IMG/VR virus record: IMGVR_UViG_3300033074_001205
Reading direction: 5' to 3' (one strand)
DNA from: an uncultured virus (IMG/VR IMGVR_UViG_3300033074_001205)
Taxonomy: Duplodnaviria > Heunggongvirae > Uroviricota > Caudoviricetes
DNA: 64,000 nt
The position numbers and the translations under genes are program-made. Of the stretch, positions 27,764 to 39,200 are shown piece by piece. How positions within the stretch are numbered: the stretch's first letter is position 1; each line of letters starts with the position of its first letter. The notes under the pieces were generated by a model that worked only from the letters and a program-made list of their open reading frames with translations, did not search any database and was not told the DNA's origin.

Positions 27764-27970
27764 ATGAAAGTAACTTATAAAGGTGAAGGTGGGTTTAGTT
27801 CAAACAGAGTCTCATTCAATCCAGATATAAAAGAATATGAAGTAGCTAATGAATTTGGTGAATATTTAGTAAAAACTTTCCCAAACCTATTTGATGGAAT
27901 TATTGCAAAAGTTGTTAAAGAAGTTGAAGAGAAACCAAAGGCAGAAGTAGCTCCTAAAAAGGTTAAATAA
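27764..27970 (+). CDS. Small head-associated protein
   Basis: 68 aa after the capsid gene; Lys-rich tail. Confidence 0.65.
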   Translation: MKVTYKGEGGFSSNRVSFNPDIKEYEVANEFGEYLVKTFPNLFDGIIAKVVKEVEEKPKAEVAPKKVK

Positions 27971-28728
27971 TGGCTTCTTTTACAGAGTTTAAATTAGCTC
28001 TTGGAATCAAAGGCTCAGATAGAGATACTGAGTATGCTTCAATTTTAAAAGGGCTCATTAAAGAGTTATATACAACTTATGGTATAGCTATCACTAAAGA
28101 TATTGAAACTGCTTCTGAAACTATAAATTCAACTTATGGTGCAACAATACAACTCGCTTATAAAAATATAGTTAGTTTAACTATTCCAAGTTATGTTGAA
28201 GGTGTAGATTACACTTTAGATAAAGTTTCAGGTGAATTAGTTATCTTATCAACTGGCTCAATGTTAGAAAGCACAAACTATAATGTAAGTTATAGCTACT
28301 ATGTTTTTATAAACGAGTCTAATGAGATAATTTATCAAATATATCCTGATACAACTTACACAACATATAATATTGAAATTAGACCAAGCACACTTATGAA
28401 GATAGAGTATAATGGGAATGTTTTAATAGAAGGTATTGATTACTATTACTACAACAATACTTTTGAGCCTACCTTAACAATTACTAATACAAGAATCCCA
28501 TTCAAACTATATTTACAAGTAGGATATGAAGATATTCCTATGGACTTGAAACAGTGTTTTTATGAATTAGCTGGAATAAGATTTGACCTAAGAGATAATA
28601 AAACATACCTTAGAGAAAAGTCAACAGACAATGCACAAGGGATTTCAACAACATATAGGATGGACTCTTTACCAAAACATATTAAAAGTGTTTTAGATGA
28701 ATACACAGGTAGAAGATTTATTATATGA
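27970..28728 (+). CDS. Head-tail adaptor (gp15/gp6-like) with internal beta-domain insertion
   Basis: FTEFKLALGI at the N-terminus, VGYEDIPMDLKQ, LPKHIKSVLDEY; repeated EGxDY. Confidence 0.75.
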   Translation: MASFTEFKLALGIKGSDRDTEYASILKGLIKELYTTYGIAITKDIETASETINSTYGATIQLAYKNIVSLTIPSYVEGVDYTLDKVSGELVILSTGSMLESTNYNVSYSYYVFINESNEIIYQIYPDTTYTTYNIEIRPSTLMKIEYNGNVLIEGIDYYYYNNTFEPTLTITNTRIPFKLYLQVGYEDIPMDLKQCFYELAGIRFDLRDNKTYLREKSTDNAQGISTTYRMDSLPKHIKSVLDEYTGRRFII

Positions 28729-29237
28729 TAAGTAAAGATGTTAACTCATTTAGTATTAGGATTAAGAAAAGATTGAAGGTTATGTCTGAGGAAGCTTTTA
28801 AGGAAAAAGTTGGGCGTTTAAGTGATAGGATGAATAATATTATGGATATGTCTAAGAATGCTGTGGTGAGTTATTTAAAAGGTGATTTTGGATTGGGTGC
28901 AAACTATGGGAAGATTCCAAATGTAATAAGTGGGAATCTAGTACAAAAGATTGCTCAAGGTAAACTAGACTCTAAACCTAAGTATAGACAAATAGGCTCA
29001 GTCCTTGTTGCAACTTTTAAAGGTTGGTATGCTTTAGATAATAATGGCTCTGGTGCTCATACAGTTACTACTTCAGATGGTAGAAATGCTCCATATGCCT
29101 CATACTTAAATTATAGCAAAAGATTCCATTCTTATAATGGCTTCTTTGACTTAGCTAAAGATGTTTATAGACAATCTCTTATAGATAAATTTGAAGATAG
29201 CTATAATCATTCTTTTGAAAAAAAATACAGATACTAA
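28725..29237 (+). CDS. Neck / tail-completion protein (HK97 gp10-like)
   Basis: PNVISGNL and NAPYASYLNY; position. Confidence 0.6.
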   Translation: MISKDVNSFSIRIKKRLKVMSEEAFKEKVGRLSDRMNNIMDMSKNAVVSYLKGDFGLGANYGKIPNVISGNLVQKIAQGKLDSKPKYRQIGSVLVATFKGWYALDNNGSGAHTVTTSDGRNAPYASYLNYSKRFHSYNGFFDLAKDVYRQSLIDKFEDSYNHSFEKKYRY

Positions 29238-29246
29238 AGGGAAACA

Positions 29247-29675
29247 ATGGCAAGTTTAAACACAAAATTACCAATCAATGAACTTAAAGCAATACTAGAA
29301 GCAATGAACTTCTTTGCTAAAGTCTCAGTTGGTAAGGTTGAGGATTTAATAACAGAAACTACATTACCAAGCATTTATATAACATTAGACTCAGATATAA
29401 ATGAAAATAATGGTCAAATGAGGACTGATGGAGGTGAATATAATAGGATTCTTATTGTAACACTTAGCATTCATTTAGACCAAACTTCTGAGGATGATTT
29501 ATATTATTTAGATGTTAGGGATATGGTAGAGTCTGCAATCTTGAAGGATAGTTTGCTTTGGCAATCAGTCATTGATAGAGATGTAGTAGGTAGTAGGTGG
29601 GATAAAGGTCAAAACTTACCGAGGAAACAAGGTGAGATGGCTTTAAGATTATTTACTAGAGGTTGTGTTGTATAA
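29247..29675 (+). CDS. Tail terminator protein
   Basis: 142 aa, acidic, LPSIYI; immediately before the tail tube gene. Confidence 0.6.
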   Translation: MASLNTKLPINELKAILEAMNFFAKVSVGKVEDLITETTLPSIYITLDSDINENNGQMRTDGGEYNRILIVTLSIHLDQTSEDDLYYLDVRDMVESAILKDSLLWQSVIDRDVVGSRWDKGQNLPRKQGEMALRLFTRGCVV

Positions 29676-29706
29676 CACATTATATAAATTTTTAAAAGGA
29701 AAATAA

Positions 29707-30708
29707 ATGGCAGTTTTAAATAGTGGAACTATTATAGCAGTTGCAGAAGAAACAGTGTTAGGTGCTGGAAAAGCTACAGCTTGGGTTGATGGTGATGTAA
29801 TTTCTTGTCAAGATGATTCTGGGCTAACACCTGCGATTGAGTCTTTAGAGAGAACAAACTTTAATGGAAGCTTTATTAAATGTCCAGCAGTAGCAGGTCA
29901 AGAAAGTACAAGTGGAAGTATTAATATGGAATTAACTTTAGATACTAGTGATAAATTAGGTGGACATTTAATCTTCAAATCTGGTTTAGGTGTTTATGTA
30001 GCAAATGCTGCGGATATATCTGTTGCTAACAAAATTAGTGAAGAGGCTGACCCAATAGCTAATCCAACAGGTTCTGGATTATATAGATTATCAAGACCAA
30101 CTGAAGCAAGTACAACTTTAGCTGTTAGAGAGTTTATAGGTGGAACTCAATCAGTTATCGACTCAAAAGGTTGTGTTGTAGATTCAATTAGCTTTGACTT
30201 CTCAGCAGGACAATTAGTAAAAGCTTCAACAAGTTTATCAGGAATTGCATTTACAAACTTAGAAGGAATCACTCCACTAAATTCTTTAGGTTGTGTTTCT
30301 GCTCAGGCATTTGTAACTAAATCTGCTAAATTCATTGTTGATGGTGTTTCTTTAGCTGCATCAGGTGTTACATTAGAGATTTCAAATGAAGTTTCTGATA
30401 GAAATTATGTTACAAGCAATGGAATTGGCTCAAAGGTAGTTGTAGGGAAAGGTGTTACACTTAACTACACATTAGACTTCGTTAATACTGCTGAATTAAC
30501 TAAAATGAAAAACAACACAAAAGCTGAAATCTTTATTGAATTAATAAATTCAGCAAATGATAAAGTTTCAATTTATTTACCAGTTGTATCATATAGCTCA
30601 GTTGAGTTAGGTAATGATGGTGGAGTTAAAACTCTTTCAATCAGCTCAATGGCATATAATGATGCTGAAGATAACTGCTTATACATAGCAACAACAAAAG
30701 CTCCTTAA
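29707..30708 (+). CDS. Major tail (tube) protein
   Basis: 333 aa; IAVAEETVLG, GSINMEL, GCVVDSISFDF, SIYLP; position. Confidence 0.8.
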   Translation: MAVLNSGTIIAVAEETVLGAGKATAWVDGDVISCQDDSGLTPAIESLERTNFNGSFIKCPAVAGQESTSGSINMELTLDTSDKLGGHLIFKSGLGVYVANAADISVANKISEEADPIANPTGSGLYRLSRPTEASTTLAVREFIGGTQSVIDSKGCVVDSISFDFSAGQLVKASTSLSGIAFTNLEGITPLNSLGCVSAQAFVTKSAKFIVDGVSLAASGVTLEISNEVSDRNYVTSNGIGSKVVVGKGVTLNYTLDFVNTAELTKMKNNTKAEIFIELINSANDKVSIYLPVVSYSSVELGNDGGVKTLSISSMAYNDAEDNCLYIATTKAP

Positions 30709-30727
30709 TAAGAGTTTTATAGAGGGA

Positions 30728-30759
30728 CTTTGGGGATAATCTCCTCAAGGTTTACTTTT
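30728..30759 (+). terminator. Probable terminator after the tail tube gene
   Basis: TTGGGGA-taatc-TCCTCAA hairpin followed by a T-rich run. Confidence 0.5.
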
Positions 30760-30850
30760 AGTTTAGTCTTTTAGAAAAATTAAATTAAGTGTAAGGTAAA
30801 AGGTGAGCATTTAGATAGGCTCGGATATGTTAAAAATTAAAGGGAAAATT

Positions 30851-31252
30851 ATGGCAAGAGAATTTGTTACAGTATCATTAGAAGAAAGAAGTTATGTTCC
30901 AAATGATTGGAAAGATGAAAAAGGTAAGCCTGAAGCTAAGGCATTAATATTTAAGTTTAAGCCTTTGTCAAAGAGACAATTAGCACAATATTCAGACAAT
31001 AGTTCAAGATTAAATATTGGCTCAAATACAATCTCATTAGGAAATGCTACAAATGCTATTGACTTATTTAAAGTAGCAATCACTGGTTGGGATAACTTCA
31101 TTGTTGATGGTAAAGCAAAACCTTTCAAAAAAGAAGGGAATGGATTACTTGATGAAGAAGTTATAGAAGTACTTCCATTAGATATTATTGAAGAAGTTGC
31201 TAACCACATTTTAAAAGTAAGTAAGTTTCCAGAAGAAGAAAAGGGAAAGTAG
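30851..31252 (+). CDS. Tail assembly chaperone (gpG-like)
   Basis: Start MAREF with AAGGG RBS; between tube and TMP genes; ends in G GGA AAG TAG. Confidence 0.85.
   Translation: MAREFVTVSLEERSYVPNDWKDEKGKPEAKALIFKFKPLSKRQLAQYSDNSSRLNIGSNTISLGNATNAIDLFKVAITGWDNFIVDGKAKPFKKEGNGLLDEEVIEVLPLDIIEEVANHILKVSKFPEEEKGK
31243..31249 (+). promoter_or_regulatory. Programmed -1 frameshift slippery site GGGAAAG
   Basis: Identical to the lambda G-T heptamer; the -1 frame is open from 31243 into ORF 31327..31644. Confidence 0.9.
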
Positions 31253-31644
31253 AAGAGGCTCTCAGTATATATTTTGATGATAACTTTAAAGAGTATAAAT
31301 GTCAAGATTGTACTGATACATTAAAAATGTCAAGGTCTTGTGGTTTAGAAGCTTACAAGGGAATGAAGCTAAACAATCCAGTCAGGATTAACTTTGGCAA
31401 GAAAGTTATCACAGAATGTCCTAACAGCTATGCTAAATGGGAATATGTTGGAGATGCTATGGAAGCTTGGCAATATTATAAAGATGGGTATTTGCCAGAG
31501 GTTTATGATGAAGGAACAAAGAAGCCTTTGTCAATATTAGACCAGAGTGAGTTTTTTACAGTTGCACATTCTTTAGTAGAAAGTGTTAAAAATAAAGCTG
31601 AAGCACAGGTGATGCAGAAAGCACAAAATAAAGGGAAGAAATAA
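31243..31644 (+). CDS. Frameshift extension of the tail chaperone (gpT-like part of gpGT)
   Basis: -1 frame reads GKVEEALSIYFDDNFKEYKCQDCTDTLKMSRSCG... continuous with ORF 31327. Confidence 0.85.
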   Translation, partial: GKVEEALSIYFDDNFKEYKCQDCTDTLKMSRSCGLEAYKGMKLNNPVRINFGKKVITECPNSYAKWEYVGDAMEAWQYYKDGYLPEVYDEGTKKPLSILDQSEFFTVAHSLVESVKNKAEAQVMQKAQNKGKK

Positions 31645-31646
31645 AA

Positions 31647-32036
31647 ATGGCAAGAGAATTTAAAAAAATAGTTAGAGAAGAATTAAGTTATGTACCTGAA
31701 ATGTTCATTGGAGAAAAGAAACCATTAACATTTAAAATGAGAACATTAAGCCAAAAAGAATTAGCAAAGTTTGCTGATGCAGGAACTAGATTAAATGTTA
31801 ATTCAGGAATGTTGATTTTAGGTACAACAGAGATTGAGTATGAAATAGCTAGGCTATGTATTACTGGTTGGGATAACTTTATTGTAGAAGGTGACACAAT
31901 AGCTTTCAAAAGAGATGGTGCTGGGAAACTAGATGAGAGAATTATTGAAGATATTGATGGATTCTTTGACATATTAGTTGAAGTAGGAAAGTATATTTCA
32001 GTTGTTTCTAAATATCCTGAGATGGCTATTAAATAG
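31647..32036 (+). CDS. Second tail assembly chaperone paralogue
   Basis: Shares MAREF...SYVP, LxFK, RLN and ITGWDNFIV with 30851..31252. Confidence 0.8.
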   Translation: MAREFKKIVREELSYVPEMFIGEKKPLTFKMRTLSQKELAKFADAGTRLNVNSGMLILGTTEIEYEIARLCITGWDNFIVEGDTIAFKRDGAGKLDERIIEDIDGFFDILVEVGKYISVVSKYPEMAIK

Positions 32037-32042
32037 AGAGTT

Positions 32043-32069
32043 AGGTTAGGTTTCGTGCCTAGCCTTTTG
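32043..32069 (+). terminator. Rho-independent terminator
   Basis: AGGTTAGGT-ttcgt-GCCTAGCCT-TTTG. Confidence 0.65.
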
Positions 32070-32166
32070 TTCGTATGTTTGAGTTGTATTAAGGTTAGAA
32101 TTATGTTTGGTAATTTTAATAGAGTTCAAGTATAGAAAATAGTAATAGCTTATAAAAGGAAATTTA

Positions 32167-33255
32167 ATGGAAGGGAAAGTTAAGTACACAACGTGGAATC
32201 AAGATATTTTAATAGAAAAGTTAGTTGAAATATTTGGTAATAAATACGATTATTCAAAAACTGTTTGGAAAAATGCCCAAACTAGATTTACACTAACTTG
32301 TCCTAAGCACGGAGATTTTTCATTAAGAAAAGATTCTATCCACAAAGGTTGTTCAAAGTGTAAAAGCGAGAGTACTTTTACAAAAGAATTATTCATAGAA
32401 AAAGCAGTGAATAAACATGGAAATAAGTATGATTATGCTGAGGTAGATTATCAAGGCTCAGAAGTTAAAGCAAAGATTTGGTGCAACACCCATAAAGAGT
32501 TCTTTTGGCAAACACCTAACAAACACGTGGATGGGAGAGGTTGCCCTAAGTGTAAAGTAGATTCTATAAAGGAGAAGCAAAGACACTCTTTAAGTGATTA
32601 TTTACCTAAGTTGGAGCAAATGTATGTTGGAGTTTTAGATTTTAGTAATACTAAATATATAAACTGGAAAACTAAGATAGAAGTATTAGACTTAAAATAT
32701 AATGATATTATACAGACTAATGTTGGTAGTTTATTTAGAACTCAATACTTTCCAAAGGTAATAAATAAAGATAGGTTTTTAAAAGAGGTAACTTTCAGGG
32801 ATATTGAGGGTTATGATTATTCTAAGATAATATGGAAAGGGAGTAATTTTAAGGTAGATATAGTATGTAATAAATGTAATAGTGTTTTTTCACAAACTCC
32901 TTCAAAACATTTAGATGGGAGAGGGTGCCCTTACTGTAAAAGTTCAGGGTTTAGAATTAATAAACCCTCTCAATTATATTATTTAAAAGTAAAATATGAA
33001 GATAATTTATATTATAAAATAGGTATCACAAATAGGACATATAAAGAAAGATATACTTTAACAGACTTAGCATTAGTTGAAGAAGCACACGTACTATTTT
33101 TTGATAATGGACAAGATGCTTTAGACTTAGAGACTAAAATTAAAAGGGAATTTAAAGAGTATTTATACACAGGAGGCTCTATTATTTTACAAGGAGCAAA
33201 AGGCAATGCAGAACTTTTTACTAAAGATGTTCTAAATAAATTTAATGCAGAATAG
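32167..33255 (+). CDS. Free-standing homing endonuclease: DUF723-like Zn repeats plus C-terminal GIY-YIG-like domain
   Basis: Repeats YDYS...C..H..F.QTP..H..GRGCP.C; LYYLK...YYKIGITNR...LETKIK...ELF. Confidence 0.8.
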   Translation: MEGKVKYTTWNQDILIEKLVEIFGNKYDYSKTVWKNAQTRFTLTCPKHGDFSLRKDSIHKGCSKCKSESTFTKELFIEKAVNKHGNKYDYAEVDYQGSEVKAKIWCNTHKEFFWQTPNKHVDGRGCPKCKVDSIKEKQRHSLSDYLPKLEQMYVGVLDFSNTKYINWKTKIEVLDLKYNDIIQTNVGSLFRTQYFPKVINKDRFLKEVTFRDIEGYDYSKIIWKGSNFKVDIVCNKCNSVFSQTPSKHLDGRGCPYCKSSGFRINKPSQLYYLKVKYEDNLYYKIGITNRTYKERYTLTDLALVEEAHVLFFDNGQDALDLETKIKREFKEYLYTGGSIILQGAKGNAELFTKDVLNKFNAE

Positions 33256-33270
33256 TGAAAGGAAAACTTA

Positions 33271-36200
33271 ATGGCAAATACAAATGTAGTAGAAGAAATA
33301 GCTTTTTCAGCAGCAGTAGAGACAACTAAGGCTGATGAAACTTTAAAGCTTCTACTAAATAAGTTAATTCAAATAGAAAATAAGCTCTTAGATATTTCAA
33401 AAAAACCTATAAAATTTGGTGGAGGAATTGCTGGAGTTGTTACTGATATTGGGAAAGTTCAAACTGCAATTAATAATATTAATAATCAATTAAATACAAA
33501 TAATACCTCTTGGTCAACAGCAATATCTCTGGTGAAAGACTATGGTAAGAATATTTATGAGATTGGTAATAAAACAGAAATCCTAAGTAAACAAATTAAT
33601 GCTAGTAATAAAAAGTATTTAACCGAAGTACAAAAAACAGCAGTAAAAACTAAATCAGTGATTGAAGATATGACTAAAACGAGTCCAATGCTTCAAAGTA
33701 TGAATAAGTATTACTCTGATTTAGAAAAAAGTAGCACAAAAGTATCAGAGGCTGAGTACAAAACTAGATTAAAAAATGTAAATGATTTTGTAACTAAGTA
33801 TGAACAAGTCTCTCAAAACTATGGTAAAACAATGCTTAATTCAAGAAAAGCTTTGATTGAAGATATGACTAAAACGAGTCCAATGCTTCAAAGTATGAAT
33901 AAGTATTACTCTGATTTAGAAAAACAAGGAAGCTCTTTAAATAAAAATGCTTTGGAAGAACAAATAGCAACAGCTAAAATAGCACTATATAGAAACTCTG
34001 AGGCAACTGCTTTAAACACATCTGTAGGTAGAGCACAACTAAAGTATAGACAATTACAAGCTGAATTAAATATTTTAAAAAAAGCTGAGCAAACAGAAGA
34101 AAATATTGCTAGAATAAAAAAAGTACAAAATTTAGCTTCAGCACAACGAACAACTATTGATGTAGCTAATTTAAAACAAGCAGAATTAAACCAAAGAGAA
34201 GCTGATTATAATAATGTTATGTCAGTACATTCTGCTAAAAGGGCTTTAGGATATACAGCGTTATTTGCTAGTATAGGACTTGTTACAAGTGCCTTTGCTA
34301 AAGGCATTGCTTCAGTTATAGAATATGATAAGGCAATATATCAATTTCAAGCAGTATTAGACGCCACCCCTGCTAAAGCTAAGATTTTAGAAAATACACT
34401 ACAAGGGCTATCTATACAATATGGAGAACAGCTAGGTAATCTGAATAAAGTTGCTTTAGAATTAGGAAGAGCTGGAGTTGGGTATGATAAGTTAGGTCAA
34501 GCAACAAAAATTGTTACTCAGTTAGCAATTTTAACTGGAGATACGATAGAATCTTCAACTGGAGCTCTTGTTACATATCTTCAGGTATTTGGCTCGGATA
34601 ATTTTGGTAGGGTATCTCTAAATGTTCAGGAATTAGGTGCTAAATTAGCATTTTTAGCAAATTCATCTAAACTTAGTACTGAGGACATTAATACATTCTC
34701 CAACTATGCCCTTGCTTCTGCAAAAGCAGTTGGGATGACTATAGACCAAGTAAATGCCCTAGCAGTTGCACTTAGCAACAATGGAAAAGCGGCAAGTTCA
34801 GTGGGAACAAATATAAGAAGATTCACTGAAATGTTAGGGGATACAAATCCTAAAATACAACAATTTTTTCAAAGTATTGGTGTTAATCAACAAACCTTAC
34901 AGAGACAGATAGCCCAAGGGGGGTCTGAGGGAAATAAGGCATTTATAGGTTTTATAGATACTTTAGGGAAGTATTCAAAAGAAAGTATTAGTGTGTCTCT
35001 TAATGGGGCAGACACACTAATGAGGGATACAATACTTTCAATGGCAAATGCCTCTGAGGAAATTAAGAAAGCTTTTATTGGAAGTATAGGGGTAACAAGC
35101 TCTGAAATAAATAAGGCAGATAAAGTTACTGAGTCATTTGATAGAAGAATGAAAAGCTTAGCTAATACTATCACAGGAACATTTCACGAAATGCAACCCC
35201 TACTTGCTGGATTAGCTGGAATATTAGAAACAATAATAAAAAATTGGGAATTGGCAGCGGTTGCATTAGGTACATATATAACAGCAACCAGATATGCTTC
35301 ACTTAGTTTAAATATACTAACAGGAGCTCTTTCAATAGCGACTGTTGGAACTGTAGCATTTACTTCTGCCTTATTAGCAAACCCATTAATAAGAACTGCA
35401 ACGCTAGTTGCAACTGGTATAGGGGCAGTAACATATGGTATTAGTGAGTATGCTTCAGAAACGGATACTGCAACTACTGAAACAACTAAGTTCTCTCTTT
35501 CTATTGATAAAGCTCGTGAAGCTCAAAAAAGGAGAGAACAAGAAAGAAGAGCTTCTAGTGAATCTGAGCAGAAAGCCTTAGAAGAAGGTAAGAAAAAATT
35601 ACAAGAATATGAAGCAGTAAGACAAAACATAGATAAAATATCAAACCAATTATCTAAAACTAATGATGATAGAATTAAAAGTCATCTACAACTTGCCTTA
35701 GATTCACAAAAGAAAAAGCTTGATGGGCTTAAAACTTCATTAGAGCAAGAGGGTACATTAACAGTACAAGCTACTAATAAAATTTTAAAAACATTCTCGC
35801 AGGGAGATGCTTTAAAGGAAAATATAGACTTAGCTAAGAAGTTATTTGATGAGCCTAAAACGAGAGAAACAGCATTAAAATTAGTAAATGGAGTGAAGGC
35901 TGATTTAGAAAAGATTTCTAAAGAAGTGATTCCTAATTTAACTAAAGATGTAACAAATACAGATATATTAAATAACTGGAAAGATTTGGGGAGCAAGTCT
36001 GGTGATGAATATTTCATAGGATTATTAGGACTTCAGGGTAAGATTAAGATTTTAACAACAGCACTAAATGCTGAGCTCAATACTTTAGTAGATAAAACTG
36101 ATGTAGAGTCTTTAAGAAAATCTAATGAAATTAAAACAGAGATTGAATCCTTAAATAATTTAATGGGAACTGTTGGAAATGTAAGTACGGTTGCAGTTGA

Positions 36201-39200
36201 GGCAACACTAGATAAAAAAGTAAACTCATTAAATAAAAGTGCAGAATCAGCAGCAGAGAAAGCTTCAAAAGAACTTTACAGAAGGCTTGAGGCAGAGAAA
36301 GCAATAGCATCTTTAAACTTAGAGATTTCACAATATCAAGAAGGAAGCTATGGCACAGCTCTTGGTCAAGCACAAGTTGCACAACAAAACCTAGACTTTG
36401 CTAACAAGAATCTTGAAACAGCTATTCAAGCAAAAGCTGAGGCAACAGAGATTGCTAAACTTAAAAGAGACATTAGCAAAGCTGAGCTGGAATCACTTAA
36501 AGCTAATGACCAAGCTAATAAACAAGCACTTGAGCAAAAGCAATCGTGGGAAGATATTGGCTTAGCTTGGAAACAGTTTCAAGATAGTGATACAAGCCCA
36601 ATCAATGAAGCATTAGAAACAGCACAAAACAATGCAAGAAAAATTCAAGAGCAAATTGATGCAGGGGGCTTGAACTCTATTGATTTAGAGAAAAAGAAAC
36701 AAGAGTTATTAAATGCTCAATTAGATATTAAGAAAGCACAACTTGCAGTAGAGATTGAAAGCATTGAGTTAAAAGCTAATAAAGAGTTACGAGCATTAGA
36801 AGCCCAATCAGCAGTATTAGAAAGAATGAGCATTATTAGAGACTCAATGGCTTCTACTGAAAATGCTTCTATAAATAATGCTTTAAAGTTTGCGGATACA
36901 TTAAGCTCAACTGCTAATAGGGAAATAACTTTACAGCAAGATAGAATAAAGTTAAAAGAGCAGTATGATAAAGATGTTTTAGACACAAGTAAAAATCAGG
37001 ATGAAGTTAATAAGAAATATCTTCACGAGGATAAACTTCTAAAAGAAAAAGCAAAGACTTCTGAGATAGCTGGGTATGGACAAATTGCAGGAGCAATCGG
37101 AGCAATGTTCAAGCAAGGTTCTAAAGAAGCAGAAGCCTTCCAAAGAATCCAAGCAGGACTTGCTATGGTTAATGCTGTTAATGCAGTATTAATGGCAGGG
37201 GCTACTATGCCAACACCTGCTAACTTTGCTTCAATGGCTACTATGGCTGGACTTGTTACAACAGTTTTAGCAAATGCAAGTATAGCTTTTGGTGGGATTG
37301 GTGGTACAAAAACTACTACAACAAAAGATGCGTTCTCAGCAATGGAAGCAAACACTGGAACAGGTTCAACTTTAGGAGATACTGAGAAACAATCTGAATC
37401 AATAACCAAAGCAATGGAAGTGTTGAAAGACTATGCTAAACCTGAATATCAAACTTTGCTAAGTATGAACAAGTATCTTGCTAATATTTCTAATAGTATT
37501 GGTGGAGTAACTTCTTTACTGATTCAAAGCGGAGGTTTTGCTTTTGGTGAAGGATTCACAGCAACAGACTCTGGTTGGAAGAATAAAGTAGGTGGGGGCA
37601 CAACCAGTGTTGTTGGTCTAGGTGTAAATGCAGCAATGGGTGCAGCAGCTTCAAGTGCTACGATGGGTTCAATATATGCAGCAGCAGAGCTTTTTGGTAC
37701 AGGTGCTACTTCAGCTCTGGTTGGTGGAATTAATGCAGGATTATCAGCAGGATTAAGCACAGCTGCAATGGGAGCTTTAGCAGGTACTGGAATAGGTATT
37801 GTTACTATGTTAGCTGATAAGTTCCTTTTAGATGGGACTATATCAAAAGGTATAAACTCTATTGTTGGTGGGGTATTTGGTAAAACAAAAGTATCACAAG
37901 ACTTAACAGATTCTGGTATATATTTTGCAGATGAACTTATGAAAAATGCAATAGAATCCTTTAATGGAAGTGCATATCAAACTATTACAACTACAACTAC
38001 TAAAAAGTCTTGGTTTAGTAAATCTACTAAAAAATCTGTTAATAGTTACTTTGAAGATTTAGACTCAGAAACGGAAAGACAATTTAGTTTAGTTTTAAGC
38101 AACATCTATAACACAGTTTTAGCAAGTGGTGATGCTTTAGATGCAAGTGCTTCTACTTTACAGAATCAATTAAATAACTTTGTTGTAAGTATTGGAAAGG
38201 TGTCTCTAAAAGATAAAACTGGGGATGAAATTCAAGAAGAGCTTACTGCAATATTTGGAAAAATATCTGATGATGTGGCTAAAGCAACATTCCCATTACT
38301 AACTCCTTTCCAAAAAGTTGGAGAAGGTTTATTCACAACCTTAACAAGAGTTGCAACTGGGATGGAAGAGGCTGAGTATTATATTGAAAGATTAGGTACA
38401 TCATTCCAAGACCTTAGTTATACAGATATTCTAAATAAACAAGGTGATGTTGGTTTTGAAGCTTTACTACAAAGTATTATTAAAACTGATGAAGCAGTTT
38501 ATGGCTTAGATAATAACTTAGTTAATATTATAGGAAACTTAAATTCAACTGCTGAAGAATTATATGGAGTTTACACTGCTTTAGATGGATTAAGAAATAT
38601 ATTAAAATTCTTAAAACTAGATACTGATGCAGTTTCTTATGCTTCAATTAGAGGTGCAGGAAGTGCAGAAGCTCTTGCCCAAGGTATGCAAAGTTATATT
38701 GAAGGCTTCTTAACAGAATCTCAGCAGTTAGCTCTTAGTACAACTCAGCTTCAAATAGAGTTTAATAAGTTAAATATTGCAATGCCCACTAATAAGGAAG
38801 CATTTACAAAACTTATTGAGAGCCTTGATTTATCTAGCGAGGCGGGGCAAGAGTTATATGGTAGATTGATAATTCTTAGTGAAAGTTTTGCTTCAGTTGC
38901 TGATGGGGTAGCTGAGAGTATTAAATCCTTACAGGATGAGTTATCAAGCTCTATGCAAACGGGATTTGATGATTTTGTGGCTGGAATTGATGCCTTATTT
39001 GCTTCATTACAAAGCAATATAAATAAAACTCAAGATTTAATCACAAAATTAACTGATAAAAGTGCACCTGAAAGTTTGACTACAAGTTTGATTAAGTATA
39101 ATCAAGCCTTTGCAGATTACCAAAGCACTGGGAGTCAGGAGAGTTTAGATGCCTTATTAAAGTATGGAGAGCAGGCTTCGGATTTAGGTGGGAATATTCC

